Below, one piece after another: positions 1-10,394 of a DNA stretch of 57,323 nucleotides (the first letter of the stretch is position 1; the number at the start of each line of letters is the position of its first letter). The notes under the pieces were generated by a model, which was not told the origin of the DNA, ran no database searches, and was given only the letters and a program-made list of their open reading frames with translations. A program made the position numbers and the translations under genes. Source of the stretch: Candidatus Aenigmatarchaeota archaeon (GTDB taxonomy: Archaea; Aenigmatarchaeota; Aenigmatarchaeia; GW2011-AR5); assembly GCA_043799385.1 (NCBI GenBank), contig JAZDNV010000030.1:1-57323 (forward strand), written 5' to 3'.

Positions 1-179
1 AGAATCTATCTTTTCTTCGCTATACCTTATCGGAGTTTTCGCGGTAAAGTTCTTATCTATCGCTTCAACAAGTATTCGTCCGTCCATATTCTTAGGTATC
101 GCCTCGCCCATCAGGTAGAGAATCGTTGGCGCAACGTCCACGACTTTCGCGTTTTTAATCAAATAGTCGCTCTTGATGT
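1..179. repeat. Near-identical repeat of 8716-8894
   Basis: 179 nt, one mismatch by eye (cttagg vs cttcgg); 3' parts of the two phosphodiesterase paralogs. Confidence 0.9.
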
Positions 180-1668
180 CCGTGCCCTTCATGAGTATGA
201 TGCCGTTCATCTGATGGTTGCCAGGCTCATAATACTTAATAAAATCTTTTAACCAATAATCATAATTATTTATAATAATTTTATCTAATTTTTTATTGTT
301 ATATTTTATATACGCAACGTTGGTAAATTTTTGATTAAGAGCCCCCATCGTTTCAATGAAAACAAAATTCTCACTATTCTTCATGATTGGGTTGACATCA
401 AATAATATATCCACAGTTGAATTCGTTGTTTTCTGAATACCTACAAAAAGGTTTTCTCCGTTTTCAAGTCTGATATCTTTCATCTTTTCAATTATCTCAT
501 CGCGAAGCGCTTCGTAATCGTTCTGCTCGACGATGCCCTGCTGTTCACGACCTTTGAGATTTATGCAAACACCAGTTGCTGTGAAGTTGTTACAAAAGTA
601 TGCCTTTGTTTTCGAGAATACTATACTACTTGCTCTAAAAATTTTATTGTAATCCTCTAATGTAAGGAAACCTAGTTCTTGCAACAGTTTGTTAAATGAA
701 AGTGTGAAATGTTTATTTCTTCCAACAGATTCGTAATTACTCAATAGGATTGGACCGCTAATTTCTGCGTTCCATGCAAACCCATGGTCTGACACTACTA
801 GAACTGTGAGATTTTTATTCAATAATTCTCCGATAAACCGATCCATTAAACTATATGATGTTTCAATGACATTCCCGTATTTTTCAGCCTCTTCTCTGTT
901 GACATCGAAATATCTTGGCTCTTTGTAAGACCAATAAAAATGCTGGAATCCGTCAGTAGATTTATAAAACCCTGTGGCAGAAAAATCTGGTTTGTATTTA
1001 TCCATGAGATATAAGAATTCATTCATTCTATAATCTTCATCCGAAAGTGATGATTCAATAAAAGCTTCATCGTTGTTTATTTTAGCATATATTGAAATAT
1101 TGATTGGTTTTGGTATCTCTGATGAAATTTCTTTCTGAAGCGTTGACGGGTATGTATAATTGCTCAATTTTTCATACAGTTGATTGATGGTAGAGACCAT
1201 AAATCCATTTATTTTATCTGGCGGCCATGTATAAAGCCAATCGACTACACCTACTTTTATTCCGTGGTTGCTCATTATCCGCCATATGGGATCGGTTTTG
1301 ATTGCAGCACTCGTGTACGGCATCCATTTACTATTTCTTGTTATAGGCTCTATTTTTAAATATCCGAAATCTGTCAGTCCGTGCTTATCCGGCCACGTGC
1401 CAGTCGCGATGCTCGTCCAAGCACTTGCTGATAATGGTATTGACGTTGAGGTAAGATTCCCGTAACTACCTTCATTCATCAGCCGTGCAAAGTTCGGCAG
1501 TTCGCCCTTCTCTACCATCGGTAAAATGACGTTCCACGTCGCTCCGTCGATGACGACAAGGACAATTTTTTCGCCCCTGTATTGGTTGGCATAAATCAAA
1601 ATGCCGACTATAAGAATTGTAGCCATTGTTATTATGGAAACTTCAATAAAACGCTTTTTCATGAACAT
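1..1668 (-). CDS. Alkaline phosphatase superfamily (type I phosphodiesterase/nucleotide pyrophosphatase-like) protein, 3' end runs off window
   Basis: Not in ORF track. Manual translation MFMKKRFIEVSII...IVLVVIDGATWNV...GELPNFARLM...SAWTSIATGTWPDKHG...VSDHGF. Frame consistent down to base 1 (..RYSEEKIDS). Paralog of 8635-10368. Start 1668 or 1662. Confidence 0.85.
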   Translation of the reverse strand, partial: MFMKKRFIEVSIITMATILIVGILIYANQYRGEKIVLVVIDGATWNVILPMVEKGELPNFARLMNEGSYGNLTSTSIPLSASAWTSIATGTWPDKHGLTDFGYLKIEPITRNSKWMPYTSAAIKTDPIWRIMSNHGIKVGVVDWLYTWPPDKINGFMVSTINQLYEKLSNYTYPSTLQKEISSEIPKPINISIYAKINNDEAFIESSLSDEDYRMNEFLYLMDKYKPDFSATGFYKSTDGFQHFYWSYKEPRYFDVNREEAEKYGNVIETSYSLMDRFIGELLNKNLTVLVVSDHGFAWNAEISGPILLSNYESVGRNKHFTLSFNKLLQELGFLTLEDYNKIFRASSIVFSKTKAYFCNNFTATGVCINLKGREQQGIVEQNDYEALRDEIIEKMKDIRLENGENLFVGIQKTTNSTVDILFDVNPIMKNSENFVFIETMGALNQKFTNVAYIKYNNKKLDKIIINNYDYWLKDFIKYYEPGNHQMNGIILMKGTDIKSDYLIKNAKVVDVAPTILYLMGEAIPKNMDGRILVEAIDKNFTAKTPIRYSEEKIDS

Positions 1669-1855
1669 ATGTTGTTCTTACTGATATAAAAAATATTTAT
1701 ATGATTCGTAACCGGATTTAATCATACAGATACTATTAGTTATTAAATTTTTCAGAACATTTTGCATAAACAAATTATTAAGAATAATTTATGACTAGAG
1801 GTATGAAAAATGCAATTATCTGTAATTTTTAAAGAATTCTTCCATAAAATAACGT

Positions 1856-3259
1856 ATGCTAAAATTCCCGGATAATTTCCTGTGGGGCACATCGGTATCC
1901 GCGTTCCAGCACGATGGATCCCATGATAGCAACGTTGATTGGTATAAGTGGGTCACTGACAAAGGCAATATAGCAAAGGGCATAGTTAGCGGTGATCTTC
2001 CAGAGAATGGCCCTGATTACTGGCATTTGTTCAGAAGCGATCATACTCTCGCAAAAAGCCTTGGTATGAACGCATTCCGTTTCAACATAGAATGGAGCAG
2101 GATATTCCCTAAAAGCACGGAATCAGTAACGGTAAATGTGGAAAAAGAAGGCGACAGAATAATCAATATTGAAATCAACGACAAAGCATTGCAGGAAATG
2201 GATGTGTTGGCAGATAAACATGCAATAAACCACTATAGTGAGCTAATAAATGACCTGCAATCCAAGAATTTAACGATAATCGCGTGCATTAACCATTTCA
2301 CGCTGCCGATGTGGTTAAACGATCCTATAAGTGCAGAACGCGGTTGGCTGGACGAAAAAACAATCATAGAATTCGCGAAGTATGCGAAGTTTTTGGCTTG
2401 GAAATTCCCAGAAATCAGCAGATGGGCAACGATAAACGAGCCGAACGTTGCAGTGATGGGCTGGCTAAACATCGCTGGTTTTCCGCCGGCAATATATGAT
2501 TATAAAAAGCAAAGAAAGTGCATGGTCAATCTCGTTCATGCCCACGCACGCGCATACGACGCGATAAAATCCGTGAACGATGCAGACGTAGGTATAATCT
2601 ATGCGGTTGTTCCCGCGTATCCGTTAGCAGAAGGCGATGAAGACGCTGCAAAACTTTATGATTACCAGTCAAATGATTGGTTCCTGAACGCAGTCGTCAA
2701 TGGAGAATTCGATAGGGATTTTTCCGGAAACTCGGAGGATTGCAGCGACCTTAAAGGCAGAACAGACTGGATTGGCATAAACTACTACAGCAGAGCCGTC
2801 GTGCGCAGAGCAGACAACGATTATGAAATCATGAGCAATTACGGCCATAACTGCCAGAATAACATCGTGTCAGCAGCAGGCAACCCTGTATCAGACTTTG
2901 GTCAGGAAGTCTATCCAGAAGGTTTCAGAAAAGCAATAAGCATCGCCGCAAAGTATGGCAAACCGATATACATCACGGAAAACGGCATTGCAGACGCTGA
3001 AGACAGATTACGTTCATTCTACATAATATCGCATCTACAGCAGCTGCACAAAGCCATATATCGCGATAGGGCTGATGTGCGTGGATATTTTTACTGGTCG
3101 CTGACTGACAATTATGAATGGACAAAGGGCTTTGCCATGAAATTTGGATTATTTGCAGTCAATAAAAAAAAGGAAAGACTGTCAAGAAACTCTGCCTGCA
3201 TATTATCAGATATAGCAAAGAAAAACGGAATTCCATCTCATCTTCTTGAGATTCTCTGA
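1856..3259 (+). CDS. Glycoside hydrolase family 1 (archaeal-type beta-glycosidase)
   Basis: FPDNFLWG, acid/base INEP, nucleophile ITENG, DNYEW...KFGL. Confidence 0.92.
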   Translation: MLKFPDNFLWGTSVSAFQHDGSHDSNVDWYKWVTDKGNIAKGIVSGDLPENGPDYWHLFRSDHTLAKSLGMNAFRFNIEWSRIFPKSTESVTVNVEKEGDRIINIEINDKALQEMDVLADKHAINHYSELINDLQSKNLTIIACINHFTLPMWLNDPISAERGWLDEKTIIEFAKYAKFLAWKFPEISRWATINEPNVAVMGWLNIAGFPPAIYDYKKQRKCMVNLVHAHARAYDAIKSVNDADVGIIYAVVPAYPLAEGDEDAAKLYDYQSNDWFLNAVVNGEFDRDFSGNSEDCSDLKGRTDWIGINYYSRAVVRRADNDYEIMSNYGHNCQNNIVSAAGNPVSDFGQEVYPEGFRKAISIAAKYGKPIYITENGIADAEDRLRSFYIISHLQQLHKAIYRDRADVRGYFYWSLTDNYEWTKGFAMKFGLFAVNKKKERLSRNSACILSDIAKKNGIPSHLLEIL

Positions 3260-4398
3260 ATTCTTCCATTAGAGTTTCTTCCAGTCATAAAACTCGACTG
3301 ATGTGCCTCGTGCATTCTCTTTTCATTGTTTATGACTCCGGAGCATCTGATTCTTTTTCTAACATCATCTCTTAAAACATATTCATTGACATTATCTAAT
3401 TTTGATGCTACATCTGAATACCTCGGTATAAAATCCCTGAGCACGAGGAACTCTTTTTTCTCTGTTTTGAATGTCATGTCAGCAACCGTGAATATGACCT
3501 CACTGACGCCCAGATCAATCAATAGATCCACGGTTTCTTTCAGGAATTTATAATTCATACGGTTGATGATGACGTTAACAAAAACACGTTTGTCAAGTTC
3601 AGTGAGATTCCTTATGCCCTGCAAAGTCTGCTCGAAACTTCCAGGAACGCCGGTAATGCTATCGTGCGTCTCAGCAGTATGGCCGAACAGGTGAATTTGA
3701 AAGGCGTTGCAGAAATCTGACATCCTTTCTGCATAATCTTTGTAAGAAAGCATGCGGCCGTTGGTTTTCATGTAAATATTGCATAGACCAATCGACTGGG
3801 CGTAGCTTAGCAGTTCGAATATATCCTCGCGCAGCGTCGGCTCGCCGCCTGTTATATACAAAGAATCATACATGTTCTTAGCTATCTCTTCGAGCTCAGA
3901 AATCACTTCTCTCGTTGATTTGTTCCAGTCTCCTTTTCTCTCAAGATAGTTGCAGAATTTGCAGTTGTTGTTGCAGACGTTGCCTAATTTCAATGTCTTT
4001 ATATCATAGATAATATTGGCATTCGTGTAAAATGAACTTATCTCAAAATCAAGATGCTTTTTATAAAATATGCCGGTGCTGTATTTTGCTGCCTTCATTT
4101 TGGAATCGCTGCCAGCATATTCAGTGTCGTGGTACTGGTGGAAGCATACTGCATCCCTGCATAATTTGAATCTAAGACCGTTCCGTATTAATCTGTAGCC
4201 CCATTCGATATCCTCGAATCCCCATAGTATGAAATCAGGATCAAACGTAATGGCATTGCTCCTTATGATAGATATGTTGTTGGAGTGTGTTATCTGCCAA
4301 GCGTTTTGTAATTCATTCAAATCATCCCTGCAGCCGGAATATACTAACTCCCTAACATCGTCCATAGTCGGCACTCCGTCAAAATCATTTTTTTTCAA
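3238..4398 (-). CDS. C-terminal part of radical SAM/GT2 fusion (GT C-terminal subdomain plus radical SAM domain)
   Basis: WGFEDIEWGYRL, then CNNNCKFC, TGGEPTLR, KTNGRML. Lacks a good ATG start and continues the upstream ORF across an A8 tract. Confidence 0.75.
   Translation of the reverse strand: MKKNDFDGVPTMDDVRELVYSGCRDDLNELQNAWQITHSNNISIIRSNAITFDPDFILWGFEDIEWGYRLIRNGLRFKLCRDAVCFHQYHDTEYAGSDSKMKAAKYSTGIFYKKHLDFEISSFYTNANIIYDIKTLKLGNVCNNNCKFCNYLERKGDWNKSTREVISELEEIAKNMYDSLYITGGEPTLREDIFELLSYAQSIGLCNIYMKTNGRMLSYKDYAERMSDFCNAFQIHLFGHTAETHDSITGVPGSFEQTLQGIRNLTELDKRVFVNVIINRMNYKFLKETVDLLIDLGVSEVIFTVADMTFKTEKKEFLVLRDFIPRYSDVASKLDNVNEYVLRDDVRKRIRCSGVINNEKRMHEAHQSSFMTGRNSNGRIQRISRR
3533..3771. repeat. 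Intragenic duplication (partner 5088-5326) of radical SAM domain core
   Basis: About 239 nt, about 16 mismatches counted by eye. Confidence 0.9.
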
Positions 4399-6514
4399 CA
4401 GCTTTCGTTATCTCTCCAACATCTTCAAAGAGCTCTATTCTATAACCGATGGTAACGCAGTCATCGCATTCACGGTGAGTTCTCATGTGCTCTTCTATCA
4501 GGTTTGATGAAGCAATTATATCAGAGTCAATGAAGAGTATGACCTCGCCGCTCGCATTGCTTATGCCTATATTTCTCGCAGGGCCAGCTCGATTTCTTGG
4601 TGAATCCCTCTTGAAATCAACAGCACGCGGCCAATAGTAGTATTTCAGATTGCATGGAATATCAAGAGACTTTATCATCTCTTCGGTGCCATCATTAGAG
4701 CCGTCATCGACAACGATAATCTCATATTTATCCTTAGAATACATTTGATTGAATAACGAGATCAGGCAGTTCTTCAATAATTTCTTCCGATTGTGCGTTG
4801 GTATTATTACGCTAACATCCTTGCCGCCGGGCACTTTCAACTGATACCTCAATTCAGCGCTCTCAGGATCCAGGTCCAAATCTAGCGGCCTTCTTGAACT
4901 GAATGATTTTGTTCCAGAAGTAATCCTGATTCTATTCTGTCTGGCGAATATCATGGCGTCTTCTATGAATCGCGCTGCTCTAAGGGTATGCGGTATCATC
5001 CCGTAGAAGTTTTTATTCTCATATTCAAACGGCTCAGGATATGTAAAGATGACTTCATTTATACCCAGTCTCATCAGAAGTCCGATCGTTTCTTTCAGGA
5101 ATTTATAATTCATACGGTTGATGATGATGTTGACAAAAACACGTTTGTCAAGCTCAACAAGATTCCTTATACCCTGCAAAGTCTGCTCGAAACTTCCGTC
5201 AACGCCGGTAATGCAATCGTGCGTCTCAGCAGTATGGCCGAAAAGGTGGATTTGAAAGGCGTTGCAGAAATCTGACATCTTTTCTGCATAATCTTTGTAA
5301 GAAAGCATTCGTCCGTTGGTTTTCATATGGATTTCATACAACCCAAGATTCTGCGCATACTCAAGTATATCAAATATATCTTCTCTTATAGTAGGTTCGC
5401 CTCCTGTAAGAACTATGTTTGTATTCAAATCGTTTTTAGATGTGTCCTCCAGCTCTTCCATGATTTCTTTTGTCGATTTATTTATGATGCCCTTTCGCTC
5501 AATATACTTGCAGAATTTGCAGTTGTTGTTGCAGACGTTGCCTAATTTCAATGTTTTTGTATTCTCAGCCTGCATAGTATTTCTGTATATATAATTATAA
5601 CACGTTAGGACACATCCAGGACACCTGCCTTCTTTCGATAACTTTCTTACTTCATTGTGCTTTTCAGAATCCCATATATTCAGCAGGCTATCTTCCTTGA
5701 TGTTGCCTAGTTTATGCTCCTCTAGACTGAAACACGGGTAAATATTGCCGTCAGCTTCTATGACCATTGACTTATACAGAGCCGGACAGTCACAAACAGG
5801 CTCAACTTTCAAGCTGTTTTCAAAATATTCAGGAATCTTCATCATAAATTCCATAGGAGCTGTATACATTCTGTACTTTCTTATAAGATGAATGGTTTTG
5901 AAGAACTCTTTCCTGAATTTTGCAAAATCATTCGAATCAAGACTGAGCTTCTCGGTCATCGAATTGCTTACGCCCGGATACTGGCAATATGGCTGGAATA
6001 TCAATGACTCGACACCAAGCTCGTGTGCAAGCTCTACTATATCACACATATGCATGTAGTTTGGCTTCATTATGGTCATTGCCATTCCAGTCCTGACGCC
6101 ATACTTTCGCAGGTTCTTTATTCCGTTGACTGTACGATCATAAACACCCTTGCCACGAAAATAATCATGCACCTCCATAGGCCCGTCAAGAGAAACAGAA
6201 ACAGAATAAACGCCACTCTCGCGGAGTTTCTGCGCTACCTGCTCGGATATCAGAGTGCCGTTGGTGATGAGAACCATGTCGATGTTCAATTCATTGCCAT
6301 AAGCTATGATTTCATAGATATCCTTCCTCAGCAGTGGTTCGCCACCTGCCATAAAAATCGTTCCAAAGCCTAATCCGTGCAACTCATCGAGCATCTTCTT
6401 TACCTGCTCTGTTGTCATCTCTTCCCATTTGCGATTGGGTATGCCGCACATCCTGCAACGCAGGTTGCAGTTGGTGTTTATGTTGAATGACAATATCTTT
6501 TCTTTATTCATCAT
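4385..6514 (-). CDS. Radical SAM-SPASM + radical SAM + GT2 fusion, N-terminal part
   Basis: CNLRCRMC/GGEPLL; SPASM-like C..DGNIYPC..C..C; second CNNNCKFC; GT2 VSVIIPTHNR, VVDDGS, FIDSD. Confidence 0.85.
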   Translation of the reverse strand: MMNKEKILSFNINTNCNLRCRMCGIPNRKWEEMTTEQVKKMLDELHGLGFGTIFMAGGEPLLRKDIYEIIAYGNELNIDMVLITNGTLISEQVAQKLRESGVYSVSVSLDGPMEVHDYFRGKGVYDRTVNGIKNLRKYGVRTGMAMTIMKPNYMHMCDIVELAHELGVESLIFQPYCQYPGVSNSMTEKLSLDSNDFAKFRKEFFKTIHLIRKYRMYTAPMEFMMKIPEYFENSLKVEPVCDCPALYKSMVIEADGNIYPCFSLEEHKLGNIKEDSLLNIWDSEKHNEVRKLSKEGRCPGCVLTCYNYIYRNTMQAENTKTLKLGNVCNNNCKFCKYIERKGIINKSTKEIMEELEDTSKNDLNTNIVLTGGEPTIREDIFDILEYAQNLGLYEIHMKTNGRMLSYKDYAEKMSDFCNAFQIHLFGHTAETHDCITGVDGSFEQTLQGIRNLVELDKRVFVNIIINRMNYKFLKETIGLLMRLGINEVIFTYPEPFEYENKNFYGMIPHTLRAARFIEDAMIFARQNRIRITSGTKSFSSRRPLDLDLDPESAELRYQLKVPGGKDVSVIIPTHNRKKLLKNCLISLFNQMYSKDKYEIIVVDDGSNDGTEEMIKSLDIPCNLKYYYWPRAVDFKRDSPRNRAGPARNIGISNASGEVILFIDSDIIASSNLIEEHMRTHRECDDCVTIGYRIELFEDVGEITKAVEKK

Positions 6515-6523
6515 ATATCTCAA

Positions 6524-7252
6524 CTACCATCTGATGATGTTGCCGTTCTCGAAAAAGCGTCCTGTTGGGCCATTGTCAGGCAGTGTAGCCAGCCAAATTA
6601 TAGTCTCTACGCCTTCTTCGACTTTTCTAGTAGCATCGGGACCTCCCATATCAGTTTTTAACCAGCCAGGGCATACGGAATTTACAAGTATATTGCTGCC
6701 TTTGACTTCATGGGCAAGTATTCGCGTGAGCATGTTCAGGGCTGTTTTTGATATCCTATAGCCAGAAGATCTTGTGCCCTGAGGAAAGGGACTACGAAGT
6801 TCATAACTGTTCATCTGTCCCATCGTACTGGAGATATTTATAATCCTGCCGTAACCGTTTTTTCTCATCAAAGGTATGAACTTTTGGCTAAGTAGTAAAG
6901 GACCGTATAGGTTTGTTTCCATAGTTTTTCTTATTTTTTCGATATCAACACTAATAATATCGTTGTCTGTATCTATGGATATTCCAGCATTATTTATTAG
7001 TATATCTATTTTTTCAAATTCTTTCAAGGCATATTCATACATGTTTTCAACACTTTTATTATCAGTAACATCCAGCTGGTGAAAAATAACGTCCAGCCCC
7101 TCTTTTTTCAGTATATTGCAGGCATCTTTTCCTTTTTTTTCATCGCGCGCAGTCAGGATGACTTTGATTCCAAGCTTGGCAAGCTGCCTTGCTGTCTCAA
7201 AGCCGATACCACGGTTAGCGCCTGTTATTATGGCAACCTTTCTATCTGTCAT
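6524..7252 (-). CDS. SDR family NAD(P)-dependent oxidoreductase (carbonyl reductase-like)
   Basis: TGANRGIG, NNAG, YRISK, CPGWLKTDMGG. Confidence 0.93.
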   Translation of the reverse strand: MTDRKVAIITGANRGIGFETARQLAKLGIKVILTARDEKKGKDACNILKKEGLDVIFHQLDVTDNKSVENMYEYALKEFEKIDILINNAGISIDTDNDIISVDIEKIRKTMETNLYGPLLLSQKFIPLMRKNGYGRIINISSTMGQMNSYELRSPFPQGTRSSGYRISKTALNMLTRILAHEVKGSNILVNSVCPGWLKTDMGGPDATRKVEEGVETIIWLATLPDNGPTGRFFENGNIIRW

Positions 7253-7279
7253 ACCAGTATTAAAATTTAATTAAAATTT

Positions 7280-8554
7280 TTAATAATTATAAAACATTTT
7301 TCTTTCTAGTATAGGATCGATTTCTTTCAGCCAAAAATAAATATTCCTACTTGATGGGTAAATTTTAAGATTATCCATATTATTTTTAACTACGCATATC
7401 CCTTCATGAATCCTCTGATTAACCCTGAAATATACACAATTTCGCTGGCAACAGGATGTAGAGAAGTAATCATCATTCATTCCGATAATACATTTCTCCC
7501 TGAATTCCTGATATTTATCAGAATTCCATATCTCCTTAAATGATTTTTCATTAATATCTCCCATCACAAGATTGTTTGTGAATCCGCATGGTACAACTCT
7601 GCCATCAGCTAGTATCCTTGAATGCACCCAACCGTGATAGCATCTATAATTATTGTCATAGATATTGAAGTCAAATTTTCCATCAGAGGCTCCTTGACAA
7701 TTTAATGACTCTAGAAATCCGCAAATATTGTGGCGTAAACTTGAATCTTTTAGCTGAGAAATGCTATTTTTTACATTACATCTTAAAACATCCAATTCTT
7801 CTTTGTTCAACAGAAGTTCTCTTGTATTCTCGTTTGTATCGACTGGGTTTAGATACATACGATTAACTCGAGTTTCAATTGCAAATTTTATCATATTTTC
7901 TACATCATTATAATTCTTATTGAAAATAACATTAATCAGTAAAGCATCCGGTTTATTATTGTAAGAATGTTTTATGTCAGCAAGGTGATTAAGCCAATCT
8001 TTAATATGATAGAAAGTTTTTTCGCTCTGGTTTGGATGCGTCTCAACATACGCTTTTGCCGAGCCTGCCCAAAGACTCAGATCAATTCTATCCAATCCAA
8101 TTTGACAGAATTTATCAATCATCTCTCTGGTTATCAGAGTGCCGTTCGTGTTAATGGAGCAGAATATACCGTAACTTTTGACATATCTCACCATATCGAT
8201 AATATCCGGATTCTGCAATGGTTCGCCCATACCTGTTATTCTTATTATCTGCACATCCAAATCATGCAGGTCATCTACTGCTTTTTTAAATATATCAAAC
8301 TGCAACAACTTATTTCTTTTATTCGGATCGAAGTAGGTGGAATAGCCTTTTTTAATTAGTGGCGAATATTGCCAGCATGCAAGACAACTGTTATTGCATA
8401 AGTCGGAAACGCATATCTCTACCTGAATAGGGCCTGTATACGCCATTCTTCCGTCTAAAATACCGCGAGTGATCCTAATCCTTTTTTTCTGTTGCGAATT
8501 GACAACGTTTTCAATATCTTTTAGCTTAGTTTCTAGAAGTCTTTCTTCATTCAT
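7280..8554 (-). CDS. Radical SAM protein with SPASM/twitch domain
   Basis: CNNSCLAC, GMGEPL, NTNG; CYHGW..DGRVVPC..IWNS. Confidence 0.9.
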   Translation of the reverse strand: MNEERLLETKLKDIENVVNSQQKKRIRITRGILDGRMAYTGPIQVEICVSDLCNNSCLACWQYSPLIKKGYSTYFDPNKRNKLLQFDIFKKAVDDLHDLDVQIIRITGMGEPLQNPDIIDMVRYVKSYGIFCSINTNGTLITREMIDKFCQIGLDRIDLSLWAGSAKAYVETHPNQSEKTFYHIKDWLNHLADIKHSYNNKPDALLINVIFNKNYNDVENMIKFAIETRVNRMYLNPVDTNENTRELLLNKEELDVLRCNVKNSISQLKDSSLRHNICGFLESLNCQGASDGKFDFNIYDNNYRCYHGWVHSRILADGRVVPCGFTNNLVMGDINEKSFKEIWNSDKYQEFREKCIIGMNDDYFSTSCCQRNCVYFRVNQRIHEGICVVKNNMDNLKIYPSSRNIYFWLKEIDPILERKMFYNY

Positions 8555-8634
8555 CTAAATCGTCTCTAGATAATTAGAGCATCAATATTCTAAAGTCTAT
8601 CGTTTTTCTATCATTTGCAATAATCTAAAAATAA

Positions 8635-10368
8635 TTAAGGCAGATACCCTAACCTTCTCAGCATCTCTTTCATATCATCTACCTGCTGCTGATCAATTGT
8701 TGACGACTGTGATGAAGAATCTATCTTTTCTTCGCTATACCTTATCGGAGTTTTCGCGGTAAAGTTCTTATCTATCGCTTCAACAAGTATTCGTCCGTCC
8801 ATATTCTTCGGTATCGCCTCGCCCATCAGGTAGAGAATCGTTGGCGCAACGTCCACGACTTTCGCGTTTTTAATCAAATAGTCGCTCTTGATGTTCTTAC
8901 CCATCATCATAATTATGCCGTTCATCTGATGATTCCCAGGCTCATATACGCCAATAAAATCTGATAATTGATAAACAGAATTGTTTATTATGATTTTATT
9001 TAATTTTGTATTATTATTAATTAAATGTGTTATGATAACAAAATCATCATTGATATATGGCGGTAAATTTGTTTCTTTAAACAAATAATTATGTTTATTC
9101 TTCAGTATAGGGTTCATCTCAAATATTATATCAACATCAGAATTTTCTGTTTTGTTGATATAAACAAAAACTTTTTCACCGTTATCAAGCTTGACGTCTG
9201 ACAACCTTTCTATTATATAATTCCTTAAAGTATCGTAGTCTTTTTTCTCCACTATGCCCTGTTTTTCTCTTCCGATAAGGTTTATGCATACGCCTATCGC
9301 AGTGAAATTGTTGCAGAAATAGGCTTTGCTCTCGGAGAAATCTATCGAACTTGCATAGCCGTCCACATCCAATTTTATTAAACTGGATTTTTCAAGCAAC
9401 CTATTAAAATAGAAGACTATATGTTTTTTTCCACCGAATGGTAGATAATCCCTTAGTATAATTGGTCCACTCGTGTCCGCGTCCCAACTAAACCCATGAT
9501 CAGATACCAAAATAATTGTAACGTTTTTATTCAATAATTTACCAATGAATTTATCCATCATTCTGTAGCTATCTTCGATAACAGTTCCATATTTTTCTGC
9601 TTCATCCGTGGTTACGTCAAAGTATCTAGGCTCCTTATAAGACCAGTATAAATGCTGGAATGAATCAGCTATCTTTTCAAACCCGACTGCCGAGAATTCA
9701 GGATTATATTTGTCAACCAAATAAAATAACTTACCCATTCGATATTCTTCGTCCAAAATGGTTAATCTAATGAAATCTTCATCCTTGTTTTTTTTAACTC
9801 CAATCATGTCTGAAGGTTTGATTATATTTGATTCTATTTCTCTTTCAAGATTTTGTGGATAAGTATTATTCCTATAGTCGAAAAATTGCGTTAAAACAGA
9901 TACCATAAACCCATTTACTTTTTCCGGTGGATAAGAAAATATCCAATCGACTACTCCGACCGTTCTGCCATCGTTGCTTAATACACGCCATATTGGGTCA
10001 TCCTTTAAATCAAGACTCGTGTACGGTACCCATTTACTAGTTTTTGCTAAAGGCTCTATTTTTAAATATCCAAAATCTGTCAATCCGTGCTTATCCGGCC
10101 ACGTGCCAGTCGCGATGCTCGTCCATGCCGCTATAGAAATTGGAACTGGTGTAGTTGTAAGGTTGCCGTAGCTTCCTTCGCTCATCAATCGAGCAAAATT
10201 CGGGAGTTCGCCTTTCTCTAGCATGGGCGTAATAATGTTCCAAGTTGCACCATCAATAACAACCAAAATGACATTTTCGTCTTTGTACTGATTTGTATAG
10301 ATTATTGCACTGATTAGAATTATTGCTATGACTGTTATTATTGGAATATGAATAAAATGCTTTTTCAT
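8635..10368 (-). CDS. Alkaline phosphatase superfamily phosphodiesterase/nucleotide pyrophosphatase-like protein, N-terminal membrane anchor
   Basis: VIDGATW, AWTSIATG, SDHGF, GNH..G, DVAPTIL, C-terminal LRRLGYL. Confidence 0.88.
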   Translation of the reverse strand: MKKHFIHIPIITVIAIILISAIIYTNQYKDENVILVVIDGATWNIITPMLEKGELPNFARLMSEGSYGNLTTTPVPISIAAWTSIATGTWPDKHGLTDFGYLKIEPLAKTSKWVPYTSLDLKDDPIWRVLSNDGRTVGVVDWIFSYPPEKVNGFMVSVLTQFFDYRNNTYPQNLEREIESNIIKPSDMIGVKKNKDEDFIRLTILDEEYRMGKLFYLVDKYNPEFSAVGFEKIADSFQHLYWSYKEPRYFDVTTDEAEKYGTVIEDSYRMMDKFIGKLLNKNVTIILVSDHGFSWDADTSGPIILRDYLPFGGKKHIVFYFNRLLEKSSLIKLDVDGYASSIDFSESKAYFCNNFTAIGVCINLIGREKQGIVEKKDYDTLRNYIIERLSDVKLDNGEKVFVYINKTENSDVDIIFEMNPILKNKHNYLFKETNLPPYINDDFVIITHLINNNTKLNKIIINNSVYQLSDFIGVYEPGNHQMNGIIMMMGKNIKSDYLIKNAKVVDVAPTILYLMGEAIPKNMDGRILVEAIDKNFTAKTPIRYSEEKIDSSSQSSTIDQQQVDDMKEMLRRLGYLP

Positions 10369-10394
10369 CTGAATACCTTGTTATTCTTATTGAA

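Noticed and set aside
1772..1790. Palindrome AAATTATT-aag-AATAATTT upstream of GH1
   Set aside because: Pure A/T in an AT-rich gap, plausible by chance
1..8894. Diversity-generating retroelement TR/VR pair
   Set aside because: Only one mismatch, no adenine-specific pattern, no reverse transcriptase in the window
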